A stretch of DNA of 64,000 nucleotides from an uncultured bacterium (GTDB taxonomy: Bacteria; Actinomycetota; Coriobacteriia; Coriobacteriales; Coriobacteriaceae). A program made the position numbers and the translations under genes. This document shows, piece by piece, positions 47,088 to 56,853 of the stretch. The notes beneath the pieces were generated by a model that was given only the letters and a program-made list of their open reading frames with translations, was not told where the DNA came from and ran no database searches. Every line of letters begins with the position of its first letter. The first letter of the stretch is position 1. The stretch spans positions 670-64,669 of the forward strand of contig CAJMPU010000013.1 in assembly GCA_905215505.1 (NCBI GenBank), read 5' to 3'.

Positions 47088-49811
47088 TTACTTCTTCTTT
47101 TTGCTCGGCATCGAGACTTTGATGCCTTGGGCGGACTTGGTTACGCGAGAGCGCTTGGCTCCGCTACCCTTCTTTTTCTTGGGCTGGGCCTGGGCCACGC
47201 CCTCGAGTGCGCGGACCTCGGCCTCGCGAACGGTGCGAGCTTCGCGGCGCTGTGCCATGTCGGCGGCGACGCGCTTGGCAAAACGCTCCGCCGTCGAACC
47301 CGTCGAGCTCACCTTGCCGCCACCGCGACCCAGGTGGACGCGCACACCGCGTCCAAAACCAGTTGCGGCATGACGACGACGCGGCTTGAGCGAATCCATC
47401 ATCGTGGCGAGCTTAAAGAACACCGAACAGGTAAAGACCACGATGACAGCCAAGATAACCATCTGGCCCATCGACAGGTTGGCAATAGACAGCAGCTCCG
47501 GGAATCCGATAACGCCCACCAAGATGCCAGCGACTACAAACACAAAGAGCACCACGCGCAAGGGCGTGAGAGGCTGCGAGATGCGCCAGATCAGGCTGAC
47601 GCTCGCCGCGCACGACGTAAGCAGGCACATCGTAGACAGCGTGAGCTGGCTAAAGCCAAACACGCGCGCCACAAAGATATCGAGCGCCGCAGCCAAAATG
47701 ACCGCAATCGACGCCGGCAGTGCGCGCTTGAGCACGTTGGTCAAAAACGCACCCTTCACGCGAGCATTGTTGGGCTCCAGGCCCAACACAAAGCCCGGCG
47801 CGCCGATGCAGAAGAAGTTGATGAGCGTCATCTGAATCGGCTCGAAAGGGTACGGCGGCAGCGCGATGCACAGCGCCGCCAGGCCCATCGAGAACAGCGT
47901 CTTGGTCAAGAACAGCGAAGCCGAACGCTGCAGGTTGTTGATGGAGCGACGGCCCTCGGCCACCACGGCGGGCATCGAGGCAAAATCGTTGTCGACGAGC
48001 ACGATTTCGGCCACGTTACGCGCGGCATCGGAGCCGGCCGCCATGGCGACGGAGCAGTCGGCCTCCTTGAGCGCCAACACGTCGTTGACGCCGTCGCCCG
48101 TCATGGCCACGGTGTGCTCGCGGCGCTTGAGCGCCTGCACGAGCTCGCGCTTCTGCTGCGGGGTCACACGACCAAAGACATGGTAGCGGTCCACTGCGGC
48201 ATCGAGCTTGGCCGACGTATCGAGCGTCGTGGCGTCCACATAAGCGTCCGCCCCTGGCACGCCCACCACGCGCGCGATCGACGACACCGTACGCGGGTCG
48301 TCGCCACTGATCACGTTAAGGGTCACGCCCTGCTCGTTAAAGTAGCCGATGGTCTCGGCCGCCGAGGTACGAATCTCGTCGCGGATGGTCACAAAGCCCA
48401 CGGGCTCGGCCTCGCCCACCATATCGCCATCGGGCGTAAAGCCGTCCACGCGCGCCACCACGAGCACGCGGCAGGTATCGGCAAGCTCGGCGACACGGTT
48501 CTCGACCTGCGAAAACACACACTCCGAAAGCACAAACTGCGCAGCGCCCATCACATAGGAGCCCTGCGCAAACGAAGCGCCACTCCACTTTTTGGACGAC
48601 GAGAACGGAATGACCGACAGCGGCTCGGACACCTCGACCGGTCGATCGGCGTAATAGTTGAGCAGCGCCTGGCAGGTCTCGTTGGCATCGGCCGAAGTCG
48701 CACGCGCCACGTTAGCCAGGGCAAAATCGAGCACCGTGGTATCGACGGGAACGGCGGCTTCGCCCTCCCCCGCGCCCATGCCAAAGCCCTCGATCGGCAG
48801 CGGATACGTGCCCTCGACCTCCATACGACCCGAGGTAATGGTACCCGTCTTGTCCAGGCACAGCACGTCGACGCGAGCGAGCGTCTCGATGCAGTAGAGC
48901 TGCTGCGCCAGCACCTTGCGGCGGGCCAGGCGCACCGTGGCGATGGCGAGCACCGACGAGGTCAGCAGCACCAGGCCTTGCGGGATCATGCCCAGCAGGG
49001 CGCCCACCGTGGACAGCAGCGCCGACGAAGGCACATGACCAGCCAACAGCTCGGAGAAGCACCACGAAAGCGCGCTATCGCCCGGGGTTCCCGCGGCATC
49101 CCACAGCTCGCTCACACTCGAGGCAAACAACGCCAAACCGAGCGGGATCATGATGATGCTCGCAAAGCGCACAATGGCATTAAGCGCGTTCATGATCTCG
49201 GAATTGACCTTTTTGACGTACTTGGCCTCATTATTAATTTTAGCCACGTAGTTGTCGGCGCCGACATGGATCACGCGGGCGCGCAGCAGGCCCGAGTCGA
49301 TAAAGCTGCCGCTCATGAGCTCGGAACCGGGCTGCTTCTTAATAAGGTCGCTCTCGCCCGTCAGCAGGCTCTCGTTCACGAGCGCCTCGCCCGAAACCAC
49401 CACGGCGTCAGCGGGAATCTGGTCGCCGCGCCCCAGGCGGATGATGTCGTCGAGCACGATCTGGTCCAGGTCGAGCTCCACCTCGGCGCCGTCGCGCACC
49501 GCGATGGCCTTCTTGGAGGTCAGCAGCGTGAGTTTATCGACCATCTTCTTGGAACGCATGGACTGAATGACGCCAATAGCGGTATTGAGGAACACCACGA
49601 ACAAGAACGTCAGATTCTTAAACGAACCGGTCAAAATGACCAGGAACGCCAAGATCACGTTGATCAAATTGAACAGCGTGCAGAGGTTCTCGATGATGAG
49701 CTCTTTGACCGACTTGGTCTTGAGCTCCATGTTGCGGTTGATCTTACCGGCGGCGATGCGCTCCTCGACCTCGGCGGTCGAGAGTCCGCGCTCGATATCC
49801 GTTGCTGCCAT
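47088..49811 (-). CDS. Cation-transporting P-type ATPase (CtpE-like)
   Basis: LTGES, DKTGT, SGD, FGRVTP, MTGDGVND motifs; multi-TM. Confidence 0.92.
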   Translation of the reverse strand: MAATDIERGLSTAEVEERIAAGKINRNMELKTKSVKELIIENLCTLFNLINVILAFLVILTGSFKNLTFLFVVFLNTAIGVIQSMRSKKMVDKLTLLTSKKAIAVRDGAEVELDLDQIVLDDIIRLGRGDQIPADAVVVSGEALVNESLLTGESDLIKKQPGSELMSGSFIDSGLLRARVIHVGADNYVAKINNEAKYVKKVNSEIMNALNAIVRFASIIMIPLGLALFASSVSELWDAAGTPGDSALSWCFSELLAGHVPSSALLSTVGALLGMIPQGLVLLTSSVLAIATVRLARRKVLAQQLYCIETLARVDVLCLDKTGTITSGRMEVEGTYPLPIEGFGMGAGEGEAAVPVDTTVLDFALANVARATSADANETCQALLNYYADRPVEVSEPLSVIPFSSSKKWSGASFAQGSYVMGAAQFVLSECVFSQVENRVAELADTCRVLVVARVDGFTPDGDMVGEAEPVGFVTIRDEIRTSAAETIGYFNEQGVTLNVISGDDPRTVSSIARVVGVPGADAYVDATTLDTSAKLDAAVDRYHVFGRVTPQQKRELVQALKRREHTVAMTGDGVNDVLALKEADCSVAMAAGSDAARNVAEIVLVDNDFASMPAVVAEGRRSINNLQRSASLFLTKTLFSMGLAALCIALPPYPFEPIQMTLINFFCIGAPGFVLGLEPNNARVKGAFLTNVLKRALPASIAVILAAALDIFVARVFGFSQLTLSTMCLLTSCAASVSLIWRISQPLTPLRVVLFVFVVAGILVGVIGFPELLSIANLSMGQMVILAVIVVFTCSVFFKLATMMDSLKPRRRHAATGFGRGVRVHLGRGGGKVSSTGSTAERFAKRVAADMAQRREARTVREAEVRALEGVAQAQPKKKKGSGAKRSRVTKSAQGIKVSMPSKKKK

Positions 49812-49842
49812 ACCACGTCCCATCACGTCGCGTCGGTATAAG

Positions 49843-49876
49843 AAAAACCGCCCGGACCATGCGAGGTTCGGACGGT
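49843..49876 (-). terminator. Terminator after tRNA-Arg(CCG)
   Basis: Minus strand ACCGTCCGAACC...GGTCCGGGCGGT TTTT. Confidence 0.7.
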
Positions 49877-49887
49877 CTCACGTTCGA

Positions 49888-49964
49888 TGGTGCCCCATGT
49901 TGGATTCGAACCAACGGCCTTCTGCTCCGGAGGCAGACGCTCTAATCCCCTGAGCTAATAGGGC
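49888..49964 (-). tRNA. tRNA-Arg (CCG)
   Basis: GCCCTATTAGCTCAG...TCTGC-CTCCGGA-GCAGA...GGTTCGAATCC...GGGGCACCA; cloverleaf with encoded CCA. Confidence 0.96.
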
Positions 49965-50095
49965 CAACGTTTGGCATTATACCCAAGTGCACCACGGGCT
50001 ATCAAAATAAAAGAAAAAGCTTTGCAATTCCGAGGAAGACGCGGCTCAACGGCCCACTTTAGAAGGCAAAAGCGAGTCAGATAGTATAAACTCTC

Positions 50096-50158
50096 ATGCA
50101 CCATATGTACACGGCTCGCGATGCGGGCCGTTTTTGCAAGGGTTATCCATCGAGGTGA
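50096..50158 (+). promoter_or_regulatory. Candidate leader peptide/attenuator of aro operon
   Basis: uORF MHHMYTARDAGRFCKGYPSR overlapping terminator ACGGCTCGC-GAT-GCGGGCCGT-TTTT (50111-50135). Confidence 0.4.
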
Positions 50159-50168
50159 GAGGCACACC

Positions 50169-51191
50169 ATGATTGCAATTTTAAAAGAGAGCGCCAGCGA
50201 CGAGGCCGTCAGCCATATCGTCAGCTGGATTGAGAAAAAGGGCCTGAAGACCGATGTCTCGCGCGGCGAGAATGAGACGATCATCGGCCTGGTGGGCGAT
50301 ACGACCAAGATCGACCCGTTCCTGCTCGAGTCCATGGATGTCGTCGAGCGCGTGCAGCGCGTCTCCGAGCCGTTCAAGCGCGCCAACCGCAAGTTCCACC
50401 CCGAGGACTCCGTCATCGACTGCGGCCACGGCGTCAAGATCGGCGGCGATCAGTTCCAGGTCATCGCCGGCCCGTGCTCCGTCGAGGGCGAGAACCTCAT
50501 CCGCATCGCCCGCCGCGTGAAGGCCGCCGGTGCCACGATGCTGCGCGGCGGTGCCTACAAGCCCCGCACTTCCCCGTACGCCTACCAGGGCATGGGCCCC
50601 GCCGGTCTGGACCTGCTGTGCGAGGCGTCTGCCGAGCTCGACATGCCGATCGTCACCGAGATCATGGACCCGCGCGACGTGCAGGTCTTCCTGGACAAGA
50701 AGATCGACGTCATGCAGATCGGCGCCCGCAACGCCCAGAACTTCCCTCTGCTCAAAGAGGTCGGCAAGACCAAGACTCCGATCTTGCTTAAGCGCGGCAT
50801 GTCCGGCACGATCGATGAGCTGCTCATGGCCGCCGAGTACATCATGAGCGAGGGCAACGACAACGTCATCCTGTGCGAGCGCGGCATCCGCACCTTCGAG
50901 ACCCGCACCCGCAACACCTTCGACCTCAATGCCGTGCCGGTGCTGCACCACCTGTCGCACCTGCCCGTCGTCGCCGACCCCAGCCACGCCACCGGCTACA
51001 CCCGCTACGTTGAGCCCATGGCGCTCGCCGCGACCGCCTGCGGTGCCAACGGCCTAGAGATCGAGGTCCACGACGAGCCCAGCCGCGCATGGTCCGACGG
51101 CGCTCAGGCCCTCACCCCCGATCAGTTCGACGACACCATGCGCCGCATCCGAGCCATTCGCGAGGTTGTCTGCCATGAGACCATGGAGTAG
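50169..51191 (+). CDS. aroF: DAHP synthase (type I-beta, N-terminal regulatory domain)
   Basis: IAGPCSVE, RGGAYKPRTSPY, QIGARN, LLKRG, CERGIR, DPSH. Confidence 0.95.
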   Translation: MIAILKESASDEAVSHIVSWIEKKGLKTDVSRGENETIIGLVGDTTKIDPFLLESMDVVERVQRVSEPFKRANRKFHPEDSVIDCGHGVKIGGDQFQVIAGPCSVEGENLIRIARRVKAAGATMLRGGAYKPRTSPYAYQGMGPAGLDLLCEASAELDMPIVTEIMDPRDVQVFLDKKIDVMQIGARNAQNFPLLKEVGKTKTPILLKRGMSGTIDELLMAAEYIMSEGNDNVILCERGIRTFETRTRNTFDLNAVPVLHHLSHLPVVADPSHATGYTRYVEPMALAATACGANGLEIEVHDEPSRAWSDGAQALTPDQFDDTMRRIRAIREVVCHETME

Positions 51192-51194
51192 CCC

Positions 51195-52109
51195 ATGGGT
51201 ACAGTGAGAAACGCGCGCGTTAACCAGGGCGGCCCCAAGTGCGCCGGCATCGTCGGCCTGGGCCTCATCGGCGGCAGCTTTGCCCGCGGCTATGCGCAGG
51301 CGGGCGTCCGCGTGCTGGCCTGGGACCCCGATGACGATGTCATGACGGCCGCCAGCATGGGCACTGTCGCCGGAGAGCTTAACGACAAGACGCTCGGCGA
51401 ATGCGACATCATCGTCCTTGCCTGCTATCCCGAGGCATGCATCGAGTGGCTCGAGGCGCACGCCCAGGCGCTCGCCGACGCCACCGACACCGAGGCCATC
51501 ATGGGCCCCGTGGTGATCGACACGGTGGGCGTCAAGGGCATCGTGTGCGAGCGCGCCTTTGAGCTAGCCCGCGAGCACGGCTTTTACTTTGTGGGCGCGC
51601 ACCCCATGGCGGGCACGCAGTACTCGGGCTATGCGCACTCCCGCGCCGACCTGTTCCAGGGCGCCCCGCTCGTGCTCGTACCGCCCGCGGTGGACGATGC
51701 GCTCAAACTGGAGCTTTTGGGCCAGGTGCGCGAGATGGTACGCCCCTTGGGCTTTGGCAAGTTCAGCGTGACCAGCGCCGCCGAGCACGACCGCGTCATC
51801 GCCTTTACGAGCCAGCTCGCGCACGTCGTCTCCAACGCCTATGTTAAGAGCCCGACCGCTCAGGTCCACCACGGCTTTTCGGCCGGCAGCTACCGCGATC
51901 TCACCCGCGTGGCGCACCTCAACCCGCAAATGTGGTCCGAGCTCATGATCGACGACGCCGACGCGCTCGCCTTTGAGATCGACCATCTGATCGAATCGCT
52001 TGGCGCCTACAGCCGTGCGCTCAAGGACCGCGACCAGCGCTATCTGGAGAATCTCCTTGCCGAGGGCGACCGCATTAAGCGCGCACTCGACGACGAGGCC
52101 TCCCACTAG
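51195..52109 (+). CDS. tyrA: Prephenate dehydrogenase
   Basis: GLGLIGGS, HPMAG, EHDR...TSQLAH, GSYRDLTRVA. Confidence 0.92.
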   Translation: MGTVRNARVNQGGPKCAGIVGLGLIGGSFARGYAQAGVRVLAWDPDDDVMTAASMGTVAGELNDKTLGECDIIVLACYPEACIEWLEAHAQALADATDTEAIMGPVVIDTVGVKGIVCERAFELAREHGFYFVGAHPMAGTQYSGYAHSRADLFQGAPLVLVPPAVDDALKLELLGQVREMVRPLGFGKFSVTSAAEHDRVIAFTSQLAHVVSNAYVKSPTAQVHHGFSAGSYRDLTRVAHLNPQMWSELMIDDADALAFEIDHLIESLGAYSRALKDRDQRYLENLLAEGDRIKRALDDEASH

Positions 52110-52145
52110 ACAACCCATCACGCCAGGTCGAAAGGACCGAAGCTT

Positions 52146-53252
52146 ATGGCGATTACCATCGATATCGACACTGCACGCCCCTACCAGGTGCATGTTGGCA
52201 CGTTTTTGCTGGAGCAGGCGGGACCGCTCGTGCGTGCCACTGCCGGCGGCACCAAGGCCGTCATCGTGACGGACACCAACGTGGGCCCGCTCTACCAGAT
52301 GCCCGTTAAGCAGAGCCTGGAGGCGTCAGGCTACGAGGTGAGCATCTGCACCTTCGAGGCCGGCGAGGCCCATAAGCGCGCCGAAACCTATGTTGCCATT
52401 TTGGAGTTTGTGGCCGAGCACGAGCTTTCGCGCTCCGACGTGATCGTGGCACTCGGCGGCGGCGTCGTGGGCGACGTGGCGGGCTTTGTGGCCGCCACCT
52501 ACATGCGCGGCTGCAAGTTTGTGCAGATCCCAACGAGCCTGCTCGCCATGGTGGATTCGTCGGTGGGAGGCAAGACCGCCATCGATCTGGCTGCCGGCAA
52601 GAACTTGGCCGGCGCCTTTTGGCAGCCGAGCGTGGTTATCGCCGACGTGGGGTGTCTGGCGACCCTCACGCCCGAGCAGTTCGCTGACGGCTGCGGCGAG
52701 GTCGTCAAGCACGCCGTGATCGCCGACCCGGAGCTCTTCGCCGAGCTGGAGAAGACCCCGCTCACGCTGGAGCTGCTCAACCGCGACGTGGCCCGCGTAG
52801 CGCTCATCATCGCCCGCAATATCGACATCAAGCGCGCCGTGGTCGTCGCCGACGAGCGCGAAACCAACCAGCGCAAGCTCCTCAACTTTGGACACAGCGC
52901 CGGACACGCCGTCGAGGCCTGCGAGCACTTTGAGCTCGGACACGGCAACTGTGTGTCGATCGGCATGGGCATCATCACGCGCGCCGCGGCCCTGCACGGC
53001 GTTTGCGATGCCGCACTGCCCGGTCGTATTGAGGAACTCTGCGCCCGCCATGGCCTCAAGACCCGCTGCGACCTAGATGCCGATGCCGTCTTTGCCGAGG
53101 CGCTCCACGACAAGAAGCGCGCGGGCGACACTATCGACCTGGTGATTCCGCACGGCATTGGCCGCTGCAGCATCGACCGCACGCCGCTTTCCACTTTCCA
53201 CGAACTCATTGCCGAGGGCCTCGGCCAGAAGGGAGACGCATCCGCATGCTAG
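52146..53252 (+). CDS. aroB: 3-dehydroquinate synthase
   Basis: GGGVVGDVAGF, PTSLLAMVDSSVGGKT, LNFGHS, HG. Confidence 0.96.
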   Translation: MAITIDIDTARPYQVHVGTFLLEQAGPLVRATAGGTKAVIVTDTNVGPLYQMPVKQSLEASGYEVSICTFEAGEAHKRAETYVAILEFVAEHELSRSDVIVALGGGVVGDVAGFVAATYMRGCKFVQIPTSLLAMVDSSVGGKTAIDLAAGKNLAGAFWQPSVVIADVGCLATLTPEQFADGCGEVVKHAVIADPELFAELEKTPLTLELLNRDVARVALIIARNIDIKRAVVVADERETNQRKLLNFGHSAGHAVEACEHFELGHGNCVSIGMGIITRAAALHGVCDAALPGRIEELCARHGLKTRCDLDADAVFAEALHDKKRAGDTIDLVIPHGIGRCSIDRTPLSTFHELIAEGLGQKGDASAC

Positions 53253-54565
53253 CCCGCATCACCCCGTCCCCGCTTAAGGGCACCGTTCCCGCCATCGCGT
53301 CCAAGTCGATGGCGCATCGCCTCATCATCTGCGCTGCGCTTGCCAACGGCGAGACGCACGTCACCTGCAACACCACCTGCGCCGACATCGAGGCCACGGT
53401 GCGCTGCCTTACGGCACTGGGTGCTCGCATCGAGACCGTCGAGGACGGCTTCCAGGTCCACCCCACCATGAAGAGTGTTGAGTTTGGCCTGCTCAAGGCC
53501 CTTGCCGGCGGCACGCTTGACTGCGGTGAAAGTGGCTCCACGCTGCGCTTTATGCTGCCTGTCGCCTGCGCGCTGGGTGCGGATGCCACCTTCGTAGGCC
53601 AGGGCCGCCTGGGCGCCCGCCCGCTCTCCCCGCTCTCGGACGAGATCATCGCCGCCGGCTGCGACCTACAGGGTCTGGGCGGTTTTCCGCTCAAGACGAG
53701 CGGCCGCATGCGCCCGGGCACCTTTGTGCTTCCGGGCAACGTGAGCTCGCAGTACATCTCGGGCCTGCTGCTGGCAGCCCCGCTGCTGGCCCAGCCCTCC
53801 TGCGTGCAGGTAACCGGCCTCATCGAGAGCCGCCCCTACATCAACCTGACGATACAGGCCATGAAGGCCTTTGGCGTCGAGGTCAACGTCGAGCGCATTC
53901 CGGCCAAGGACGACCAGCCCGAGGTCACGAACTTCCGCGTGAGCAGCGGCTCGTACCGCACGCCCGGCAGCGTAGCCGTCGAGGGCGACTGGTCCAACGC
54001 CGCCTTTTGGCTGTGCGCCGGTGCCATCGGCACCGACCCAATCACCGTCGAGGGCGTGTCACTGAGCTCCGCACAGGGCGACCGTAACGTGCTTGCCGCG
54101 CTTTCGCGCTTTGGCGCCCGCATCGTGCGCTCCACCAACGCCGCCACCGTGCAGTCCGACAAGCTCGCCGGCTTTGAGATGAGTGCCCACGACATTCCGG
54201 ACCTGGTGCCCGTCATCTCGGCCGTGGCCTCGCTGGCACAGGGCCGCACCTTTATTCGCGATTGCGCCCGTCTGCGCATCAAGGAATCCGACCGTCTGGT
54301 CACCACCACCCGCGAGCTCACCGCGCTGGGCGCGCAGGTGCGCATTGCCGGCGATGACCTCATCATCAAGGGTGTCGATGCCTTCACCGGCGGCGAGGTC
54401 GATTCGCACAACGACCATCGCATCGCCATGATGGCCGCTATCGCCGCGAGCCGCGCCACCGGCGAGGTCGTGATCCACGGCGCCGAGGCCGTCAACAAGT
54501 CCTATCCCGATTTCTTCGACCACTACCGCCTGCTGGGCGGCAAGGTCACACTCGAGGAGGAATAG
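53246..54565 (+). CDS. aroA: 3-phosphoshikimate 1-carboxyvinyltransferase (EPSP synthase)
   Basis: SKSMAHR, CGESGSTLRF, SSQYISGLL, LRIKESDR, DHRIAM, KSYPDF. Confidence 0.96.
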   Translation: MLARITPSPLKGTVPAIASKSMAHRLIICAALANGETHVTCNTTCADIEATVRCLTALGARIETVEDGFQVHPTMKSVEFGLLKALAGGTLDCGESGSTLRFMLPVACALGADATFVGQGRLGARPLSPLSDEIIAAGCDLQGLGGFPLKTSGRMRPGTFVLPGNVSSQYISGLLLAAPLLAQPSCVQVTGLIESRPYINLTIQAMKAFGVEVNVERIPAKDDQPEVTNFRVSSGSYRTPGSVAVEGDWSNAAFWLCAGAIGTDPITVEGVSLSSAQGDRNVLAALSRFGARIVRSTNAATVQSDKLAGFEMSAHDIPDLVPVISAVASLAQGRTFIRDCARLRIKESDRLVTTTRELTALGAQVRIAGDDLIIKGVDAFTGGEVDSHNDHRIAMMAAIAASRATGEVVIHGAEAVNKSYPDFFDHYRLLGGKVTLEEE

Positions 54566-54566
54566 C

Positions 54567-55664
54567 ATGTCCTCGACCTTTGGCAACGTCTTGCACTTAA
54601 GCATCTTCGGCCAGTCGCACTCCCCCGCCATCGGCTGCTCACTCGATGGCATTCCGGCGGGCATCGCCGTGGACCAGGAGCAGCTGCAGGCCTTCCTCGA
54701 CCGTCGCGCCCCCGGTCGCGACGAGACCGCAACCAAACGCCGCGAGGCCGACGCCGCGCACATCATCGCCGGTGTTGTCGATGGACATACCACCGGCGCG
54801 CCCATCGCCGCGATTATCGAGAACACCAACACGCGCTCCAAGGATTACTCCGAGCTGCGCCGCAAGCCCCGTCCCGGACATGCGGACTTCCCTGCGCGCG
54901 TGAAGTATCACAACATGCACGATGTCGCCGGCGGTGGACACTTCTCCGGCCGCCTAACGGCACCCTTATGCATCGCCGGCGGCATTGCGCTGCAGGCACT
55001 CGAGGCCCGCGGCATTAAAGTGATGGCGCATGTGGCGCAGATCGGCGGCATCTCCGACCTGCCGATGGACGACATAGTCTATCGCGAGGCCGACCGCAAG
55101 GCGATCCTTACGAACGATCTGCCGTGCATTGACGCCGCCGCAGCCGGCCGCATGCGCGAGGAGATCCTAGCCGCGCGCGACGAGCTTGACAGCATCGGCG
55201 GCATCGTGGAGTGCGGCATCTACGGACTTCCCGCGGGCATCGGCGACCCCATGTTCGACGGCATCGAGAACCGCATCGCGCAAATCGCGTTTGGCATTCC
55301 AGCCGTAAAGGGCGTGGAGTTTGGCATGGGCTTTGCCGTGGCCGCCATGCGCGGCAGCGAGAACAATGATCCGTATCGCATCGATGCCGAGACCGGCGAG
55401 ATCGAGGTCGAGTCCAACAACGCCGGCGGCATCCTGGGCGGTATTTCGACCGGCGCGCCCGTCATGTGGCGCATGGCCGTAAAGCCGACGCCCTCCATTG
55501 GCCGCGAGCAGCAGACGGTGGACATGGACGCTATGGAAAATGCCGAGCTCTCGGTCCACGGCCGCCACGATCCCTGCATCGTCCCCCGAGCTGTCCCCGT
55601 AGCCGAGGCAGCCGCCGCCCTTGCCATCTGGGACGCCCTCCTCGAAGACGCCGCCCAGCGCTAA
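54567..55664 (+). CDS. aroC: Chorismate synthase
   Basis: FGQSH, RPGHAD, GGGHFSGRLT, NNAGGILGGIS, KPTPSI, GRHDPCI. Confidence 0.96.
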   Translation: MSSTFGNVLHLSIFGQSHSPAIGCSLDGIPAGIAVDQEQLQAFLDRRAPGRDETATKRREADAAHIIAGVVDGHTTGAPIAAIIENTNTRSKDYSELRRKPRPGHADFPARVKYHNMHDVAGGGHFSGRLTAPLCIAGGIALQALEARGIKVMAHVAQIGGISDLPMDDIVYREADRKAILTNDLPCIDAAAAGRMREEILAARDELDSIGGIVECGIYGLPAGIGDPMFDGIENRIAQIAFGIPAVKGVEFGMGFAVAAMRGSENNDPYRIDAETGEIEVESNNAGGILGGISTGAPVMWRMAVKPTPSIGREQQTVDMDAMENAELSVHGRHDPCIVPRAVPVAEAAAALAIWDALLEDAAQR

Positions 55665-55707
55665 CTACCCACCCCTCAACATCCCCCGACACGTGAAAGG
55701 GGTCTCC

Positions 55708-56853
55708 ATGGACCTTGCTGACATCCGCCAGGCCATCGATGCCATCGACACCACGCTCCTCAACAGCTTTGTCGAGCGCATGGACATTGCCACCGAGGTC
55801 GCCAAGTCAAAAATCGAGATGGGCAAGGCCGTCTTCGACCCCGCCCGTGAGCGCTCCAAGCTCAACAACCTCGCCAGCCGCGCGCCCGAGCGCTACGAGG
55901 CGCAGACCATCACCCTGTTCCGTCTCCTCATGAGCATGAGCAAGGCCGAGCAGCAGCGCTATATCAACGAGCTCAAGGGCATCACGGTCTCGCAAAGGGC
56001 ACACGCCACGACCGAGGCCTTCGATACGCCCTTCCCCCAGACGGCCACCGTCGCCTGCCAGGGTGTTGAGGGCGCTTACAGTCAAATCGCCGCGTGCAAA
56101 CTCTTCGACGTGCCCGACATCGCGTTCTTCGAGACCTTCGAGGGCGTCATGCGCGCCGTGCGCGACGGCTTCTGCGAGTTTGGCGTGCTGCCCATCGAGA
56201 ACTCCACCGCCGGCTCGGTTAACGCCGTCTACGACCTGCTCGCCCAGTTCGACTTCCATATCGTGCGCTCGCTGCGCCTCAAAATCGACCACAACTTGCT
56301 CGTCAAGCCCGGCGCCAAGCTTGCGGACGTGCACGAGGTCTACAGCCACGGCCAGGCCATTGCCCAATGCGCCGGCTTTATCGAGGCGCACGACCTGCAC
56401 GCCACCAAGTACCCCAACACGGCCATGTCGGCCGAGATGGTCGCCAGCTCCGAACGCACCGATGTTGCCGCGATCGCATCGCGCAGCTGCGCCGCACTCT
56501 ACGGCCTGGAGGTACTGGAGCCCAACATCCAGGACTCGGACAACAACTACACGCGCTTTGTCGTCATCAGCCGCGAGCCACGCGTCTACCCCGGCGCCAA
56601 CCGCACCTCGCTCATGATTACCACGGCCAACGAGCCGGGCGCACTCTATCGCGTACTCGAGCGCTTCTACGCGCTCAATATCAACCTCATCAAGCTCGAG
56701 AGCCGCCCCATCCCCGGGCACGACTTTGAGTTTATGTTCTACTTTGACCTGGACTGCCCCTTTGGCAGCAAGGCCCTCGATGACCTGCTCGATTCCATCG
56801 ACGACGTGTGCGAGAGCTTCACCTACTTTGGCAGTTACACGGAGGTGCTCTAG
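55708..56853 (+). CDS. pheA: Bifunctional chorismate mutase / prephenate dehydratase
   Basis: AroQ-type CM N-terminus (IRQAIDAID, DPARE), QGVEGAYS, PIENSTAG, NYTRF, KLESRP ACT domain. Confidence 0.93.
   Translation: MDLADIRQAIDAIDTTLLNSFVERMDIATEVAKSKIEMGKAVFDPARERSKLNNLASRAPERYEAQTITLFRLLMSMSKAEQQRYINELKGITVSQRAHATTEAFDTPFPQTATVACQGVEGAYSQIAACKLFDVPDIAFFETFEGVMRAVRDGFCEFGVLPIENSTAGSVNAVYDLLAQFDFHIVRSLRLKIDHNLLVKPGAKLADVHEVYSHGQAIAQCAGFIEAHDLHATKYPNTAMSAEMVASSERTDVAAIASRSCAALYGLEVLEPNIQDSDNNYTRFVVISREPRVYPGANRTSLMITTANEPGALYRVLERFYALNINLIKLESRPIPGHDFEFMFYFDLDCPFGSKALDDLLDSIDDVCESFTYFGSYTEVL

Noticed and set aside
49955..50437. 160-aa minus-strand ORF over the aro promoter
   Set aside because: Mostly antisense to aroF, runs into the tRNA, and has no protein-like motifs.
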